Notes under the pieces: model-generated
The model's input: the letters and a program-made list of their open reading frames with translations, nothing else
Databases searched by the model: none
What the model was told of the DNA's origin: nothing
Source: Zygnema circumcarinatum SAG 698-1b
Taxonomy: Eukaryota; Plantae; Zygnematophyceae
NCBI GenBank assembly: GCA_037447605.1
Contig: CM074817.1
Span: forward strand, 2,418,001 to 2,482,000
Length of the DNA: 64,000 nucleotides
Direction: 5' to 3'
Made by a program: the position numbers and the translations under genes
In this document: positions 58,001 through 64,000 of the stretch, in pieces
Layout of the letters: the number at the start of each line of letters is the position of its first letter
How positions within the stretch are numbered: the stretch's first letter is position 1

Positions 58001-60716
58001 CTGTATTTAAGTACATCTCCCAGACTTGGATGCCCGGGACTGAGAGGTGCTGTGGCGGAAGCTTCTGATCAATACGTTGTTATGAATATCAAATCTTCAA
58101 GTCCGGTGAGTATTCAAAAGGAAGACGAGGTCTAGGTTGCGCGCGCTTACAGAGTGGTGAGTTCAAGCAAGTTACCTACTGTAGAAGGGATGATATCCAC
58201 CAAATAATTGTGAGAAATGTCTCTGTACAGACAAAGAAATGAACATTGTCCACGTCTTATGAGCATGTAGAAGCCGCATGAATACTAAAAAGACACTTGG
58301 AGCTGTCCTTTGGAAAATTCAAGAACTCAATTTCATGCATGAACGTGCTGCAATCCTTGAATATTTCCCCCAAGGCTAAGCAGGCCAAAAGTTGACGATT
58401 TTCGAAATTCCATTGGAACGATTATTAAAAAACTCTCTGGGAAATGAAAAGTGCCCGCGACGGGTGAAATGTTTTCCAGAGTCATGTGCGTCCAATTTAT
58501 AGACAAGGAAAAGCTGCAAGTGTACAAATCAAATAAGAGAAATAGAGGAAAAATCGATTCATGTGGTGTGATGAAGATTGTAATAGAGCTCGCAGGGTGA
58601 CTAGCCTCACAGATTGGCAAGGCTCTTCATGTTCCCAATTAACGTGGTCAGGTTGCCCGAGAAGCTGTTGTGAGACATATCTCTGTGTCAACAATCAAGA
58701 TTTTTCAAGGTTTTGCGATTAGATGCTTATCGAATAGAAGGCAAATCTCTCTCGTGTTCAGTAAAATATCAAAAAGTAAAAAACCAAACGGCGCGTGATT
58801 TTATTCCAGCCATTGAAAGGGACTTACAGAGTGACGAGACTTGTCAAGTTCCCAACTGCGTCAGGGATGGTCCCCGACAGATTGTTGTAGGCAATATTTC
58901 TGAGCACACAAAGATATGGATACTTTTAACGTTGCATGTACCGTTAGGTGCCATGTCAATACTAAGCAAATATTTCATACGTGTACCTTAAAGGATTTCA
59001 AGTGGAGGACGAAATGCTTGTACCCACGGAACATTATGTAACAACAGTAAATATCTTCAAACTTGTGCTCACTAATTCAACAAATTTTTAAAACCAACAA
59101 GGTCAGGGTCATTCCCCGGAGAATGTCTTTTTTTGTAAGACGACAATGCCCACTCTACTTTCCGTCTTGATAACATCCGCAACACCAAAGCCGCCACACT
59201 TTCCCTTGTGCTTACAGATTTGTGAGGCTCGTTAGACCGCCAATTGAAGTAGGCAACTTGCCAAAGAATTGATTGTTGTTGAGTTTCCTACACGGAGCAA
59301 GTGAAGCCATCATCAACATTTCGAGCAACGGATGCTTGAAGAAATTTGGGAACCTTTGATGTGACACTTAATTATTTAGCGAATGACAAGTTGAGAGTTG
59401 GACTGTCAAGCATGAGCGCATAGAGAGTGCTGTTGACTTGACTGTATGAGGGTGGCGAAGTACTGGTCTATTGAAGCCTTACAAGGTAGTGAGGTTCCGC
59501 AATCCTCCGATTTGTGGTGGCAAGGCGCCGGAAAGGTATTGGTTAGACAAGTCCCTGCTCCCATTGACATGAGCGGTGCACCAATTAACACAGCAATGAC
59601 CTGAATGAAGAAACCCGTTGCACAGTCAAACCATGAGGCAAACCATGAGTTCAGTACAACCGGATGCGTCAAGAATTACAGAATTAAGTTATCTCAAGTG
59701 CTGCGAAGGCCCGCAAGTCGACCTGGGGAATTCTCCCCTGGCTTCATTAGCTGCACAGCCATGCTTCCAGCACGCGAGGGGAGGCGCTCGAATGAGCGGA
59801 CATCAGATATGGATAGTCATCAAACAAGGAGGCACTCCCAGTTCAGCACTTCTATGTACAAAGTAATGGACATAATGCAAGGTCAGACCTTGAGGATCAG
59901 AGACTATATATTATCGAAAAGACTGTTGGAATTTTTTTTGGTGATGAAGGGTGCGGGGCCAGAGATCTCAAGAAACCCTTCGAGCAATATTAACAAGGAA
60001 ATGAATAGGATGAAGGCTTCGAGAAGAGCTGACGTCTTACAAATATTGAAGGCTGTGAAGGTTCCCTATCTGCGGAGGAATTGTTCCACGAATAGCACCA
60101 CTACGTGATGACATATCTCTGCACATGGAGCCAGCCATTGCGCGTAAGACATGATAACGGTGGAATGTAACACGTTATGTTGACGTCAAAGGAATCAAAA
60201 AACCAGGAAGCTAGCGGGTGCTCACATTTTAGTGATGCTTCCGTCTCCATTACAGGCGAAAATGGGAGAGTAAGCTTCACACCACGAAGATCCGGCAAAC
60301 GAATTCGCAGCCCCGCCCATGATGGGCCATATCGTATTGAGAGTGTTCCCTGCGTAGAAAGAATCAAACAAAAAACTTGCAGTGTGTTACCCTCCCTCCC
60401 TCCCTCATGCGATCGTCGAAATGAGAGCAAACATCGACGGGCGCTTGCAACGACCGCCTCTGCATGTAAAACGGAGCCGTTCCATGTGCATGCGGACTGT
60501 TGCAGCTCTGGCTACCCCTAATACGGTACTAGTGCAGGACCTGCACATGGAGTACTATGTGGATCGAGTCCAGTCCAACGGTCACCGTGACAGCGAACAG
60601 CGCCATGGAGATGCCTTACAGTCGTCGTCGCTAAAATACACCCCCTCAACTCGCGGCGGTCCGTACAGTGCGCAGCAGAGCGCCACGAGAACGAGCAGCA
60701 TGGTGCCACGTGGCAT
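55064..60716 (-). pseudogene. Paralog of the double LRR-EGF gene: SP, LRRNT, 8 LRR exons, frameshifted cap/EGF exon, Pro-rich exon, second LRRNT with dead donor
   Basis: Exons 60716-60620, 60349-60226, 60118-60041, 59554-59483, 59287-59216, 58899-58828, 58682-58611, 58222-58151, 57815-57744, 57595-57524, 57222-56875 (348 nt vs 350; stop at ~57133-57135), 56578-56408, 55211-55064 (donor GT changed to AT). Confidence 0.8.
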
Positions 60717-60794
60717 GGTCCGCCTGGACACGTGTCAGCAGGAAAGCGCCGCAGCTTCGAAGGGGTTTGACGAGGGGCGGAAGGAGCTGCGCCA

Positions 60795-60813
60795 AAACCC
60801 TAAAACCCTAAAA
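60795..60813. promoter_or_regulatory. Telo-box-like AAACCCTA tandem ~80 nt upstream of the LRR paralog ATG (single copy at ~42780 upstream of 42700)
   Basis: aaaaccctaaaaccctaaa seen directly. Confidence 0.4.
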
Positions 60814-61929
60814 AGCGGCGCACTTCGCACGTGTGAAAGCATGCGTGGCCGTTCTGTGGGACTGCTCCGGTCGACATGTACGGAAGAGGTCCATGGAGCG
60901 GCCGTACAACGAGCCACGTCAGAGACCAATCACGCGTTGGTTGTCCTCGCCCGCCACGTGGCCGCTGTAAATTCGCTGCGACCTCTGCGCCCTTGACCGG
61001 TGGTCACGTCACGGCGGAAGCGGCTGCGAGCCAGCCAGCGCGGCATCGATGGAAATGTTCGACAGCCACGTGGCGCCGCGCGATTGGAACCCCAAAGCGA
61101 AAAACTTTCACAAAACGCATTGTGGCAGCCACGTCGGCACCACGTTTGCGCCACGTTGACACCACGTTGGAAGCCGAGAATGGCTTGGCTTGTCCGTGAA
61201 ATCACTTACCGCAGTGGCCTGCAGAAATCCTTCTGACGGCGAGGGCACAGATCGTCAGAACGAAGCGCCTTTTCCCTCCTGATTGGAACCACACATCGAC
61301 AGCAAGGTGGAGGTGTGAACACATCACATACTACTTGCCTCTCAAATTTGACTCGTGTGTTTTTTCCCTACAAGGAATGAAAACTAGCTTTCGGATCACT
61401 TTACTTCCTTTCTGTTTGTAAATTTTTCTAGGCTGTTGCCCTCATTTCACGGATGCATTAAGGGCTTCCCTCCTTATGAAGCTCATGCATTTGTTCGGGC
61501 AGTCCGACTGGGCTGTCTATGTGATTGCAGGCAAAGGCGGACACGTGGAACGCGGGATACGGAAGAACATACAAACTGACACTTGTATTGTAGAATGTGC
61601 ATAGGAAGTGCTTACAAAGCATGTGGCTTCTGAGACTCGAAATAATAATAATGAATTTTCGTGCTCTTTTTCTTTTTTGTTTCTGCTTGTACAAAATGTC
61701 TGATGATGGAAAGAAATTCAAACGGAAACAGACCTAGAAACTACGGAAACTGAAGGCGGGACAATGGAAAGGAAGTGGGGATGGAGCTGACCGGAGCCAA
61801 TTTTTTGCAACCATTGGCATCCAATGGTTGGTTCGGACCATTGGCAATGGTTGGTTAGGACGCGAAACAATGGTTCGTAACCATTCCAATGGTTGATCCA
61901 ATGGTTGATCCAATGGTTGATCAAATGGC

Positions 61930-62880
61930 CTGACCTGTGGAATGCTGCAAACCTAAAAGCAAGGCTGTGAGGTGTCCACGTAGCATCAGCAGTGCAAAAG
62001 GCGGCACAAAGCAACCAAGCGAAGTGTCCTCATTGGACAGCTCCGCAAGTCGCTGGCCACGCAGACGGCTCCAACCTTTGTGGAAGAGCTGAGAGGGGTT
62101 TGGGTTTGCAACTTCAGAGAGAAACATCAAAACCAAATGAGCACAAATATGGACCGGACCAACCGAAAATTGTCAAGCGCATGGCGCATTTCAAGACACA
62201 CAAAAGCTGCCCTGAACCCCTGCATTCTCCACGGTCCTGACTCCACTCCCAAACAAACCCACTTTTCCAAGCGCACAGACAAACACAAACGTCAGAACGC
62301 AAATTTTTCTTAAGTTAGTGTGTTCCGCTGGCCAGTCAACGAAAAAAAAAAAAAAAAGGACGAAGTTTCGTGGTTCCCTCCGACCGCAGGGCGGCCGGCG
62401 AGTCTTTGCACCCAGATGCGTTTTTGTCCCTCTCATCAAACACACACAAAAACTGTAACTGCAAGCATGGAAATAATTTTTAGGGTTTAAGAAGTGGGCA
62501 GCGTCACGTGCGTTCTGCCGCACGCGTGCCTTGCGGCTTCAACTCATAACTTAGACGATCGCTCAAATCCTTCGCGATCAGAACTGAAGAAAGGTCCCAC
62601 TTTCCTCTTGAATATGTGCATTGTGATTGGCCCGCCATGGCCAAATCCATCCTCTGCATTCACAGGTCATGCCTCCAATATGAGCCCTCATCATATGTCC
62701 ACGCACTTATCTGACACATCTTGTGACTCGACAAAAGAAAAATCATACCTCACATGACATGTTTGCTCCCTCCTTAACTCGTCTCCTTCCTCTACCTCTT
62801 CCCTACGCCTCTTTCCCCTCTGTCTCTTATTTTACCCTCCTTCCTGTAAGTTTCCGGTACATCTCTTCCCCACCCCCCCC
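61930..62880 (-). other. 3' tail region of a further LRR-EGF paralog presumably lying beyond the right edge
   Basis: Homologous to 31490-32430 and 20590-21540, which follow the final EGF exon. Confidence 0.6.
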
Positions 62881-64000
62881 TTCCCCNNNNNNNNNNGTCA
62901 GCAGGAAAGCGCCGCAGCTTCGAAGGGGTTTGACGAGGGGCGGAAGGAGCTGCGCCAAAACCCTAAAACCCTAAAAAGCGGCGCACTTCGCACGTGTGAA
63001 AGCATGCGTGGCCGTTCTGTGGGACTGCTCCGGTCGACATGTACGGAAGAGGTCCATGGAGCGGCCGTACAACGAGCCACGTCAGAGACCAATCACGCGT
63101 TGGTTGTCCTCGCCCGCCACGTGGCCGCTGTAAATTCGCTGCGACCTCTGCGCCCTTGACCGGTGGTCACGTCACGGCGGAAGCGGCTGCGAGCCAGCCA
63201 GCGCGGCATCGATGGAAATGTTCGACAGCCACGTGGCGCCGCGCGATTGGAACCCCAAAGCGAAAAACTTTCACAAAACGCATTGTGGCAGCCACGTCGG
63301 CACCACGTTTGCGCCACGTTGACACCACGTTGGAAGCCGAGAATGGCTTGGCTTGTCCGTGAAATCACTTACCGCAGTGGCCTGCAGAAATCCTTCTGAC
63401 GGCGAGGGCACAGATCGTCAGAACGAAGCGCCTTTTCCCTCCTGATTGGAACCACACATCGACAGCAAGGTGGAGGTGTGAACACATCACATACTACTTG
63501 CCTCTCAAATTTGACTCGTGTGTTTTTTCCCTACAAGGAATGAAAACTAGCTTTCGGATCACTTTACTTCCTTTCTGTTTGTAAATTTTTCTAGGCTGTT
63601 GCCCTCATTTCACGGATGCATTAAGGGCTTCCCTCCTTATGAAGCTCATGCATTTGTTCGGGCAGTCCGACTGGGCTGTCTATGTGATTGCAGGCAAAGG
63701 CGGACACGTGGAACGCGGGATACGGAAGAACATACAAACTGACACTTGTATTGTAGAATGTGCATAGGAAGTGCTTACAAAGCATGTGGCTTCTGAGACT
63801 CGAAATAATAATAATGAATTTTCGTGCTCTTTTTCTTTTTTGTTTCTGCTTGTACAAAATGTCTGATGATGGAAAGAAATTCAAACGGAAACAGACCTAG
63901 AAACTACGGAAACTGAAGGCGGGACAATGGAAAGGAAGTGGGGATGGAGCTGACCGGAGCCAATTTTTTGCAACCATTGGCATCCAATGGTTGGTTCGGA

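Larger units (their letters stand above)
60734..64000. other. Apparently identical duplication 60734-61837 / 62897-64000 across a 10-N gap (probable contig overlap)
   Basis: Offset 2163; identical ORFs in the track. Confidence 0.8.

Overview
Eukaryotic, intron-rich, plant-type genomic DNA from a fragmented scaffold with 12 N-gaps. GT-AG introns, TTTAGGG repeats, a plant tRNA-iMet PBS and huge GA microsatellites suggest a streptophyte, possibly an alga (inference). Most long ORFs in the track are microsatellite artefacts; the real genes are spliced and almost all on the minus strand. (1) SNAPc subunit 3 (SNAPC3/SRD2) occurs four times: one intact-looking copy running off the left edge, one full-length pseudogene and two 5' fragments. 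(2) A cluster of LRR genes has one LRR per ~72-nt exon. Manual splicing gives one ~727-aa reading frame over 42700-32501: signal peptide - LRRNT - 7 LRR - Cys-cap/EGF - Pro-rich hinge - second LRRNT - 5 LRR - second Cys-cap/EGF, with no transmembrane or kinase exon visible. This frame appears only after collapsing ~1.5-kb duplicates that flank 10-N gaps and are probably assembly overlaps. Truncated or frameshifted paralogs lie at 17-18.9, 21.6-23.9, 50-51 and 55-60.7 kb. (3) Gene fragments: methylmalonyl-CoA epimerase and an unknown Cys-rich protein. (4) Mobile elements: a Ty1/copia fragment with an in-frame 6x75-bp expansion, a chromodomain Ty3/gypsy element, a solo LTR whose empty site is also in the window, and a hAT-like MITE. 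Family assignments come from remembered motifs, not database searches.
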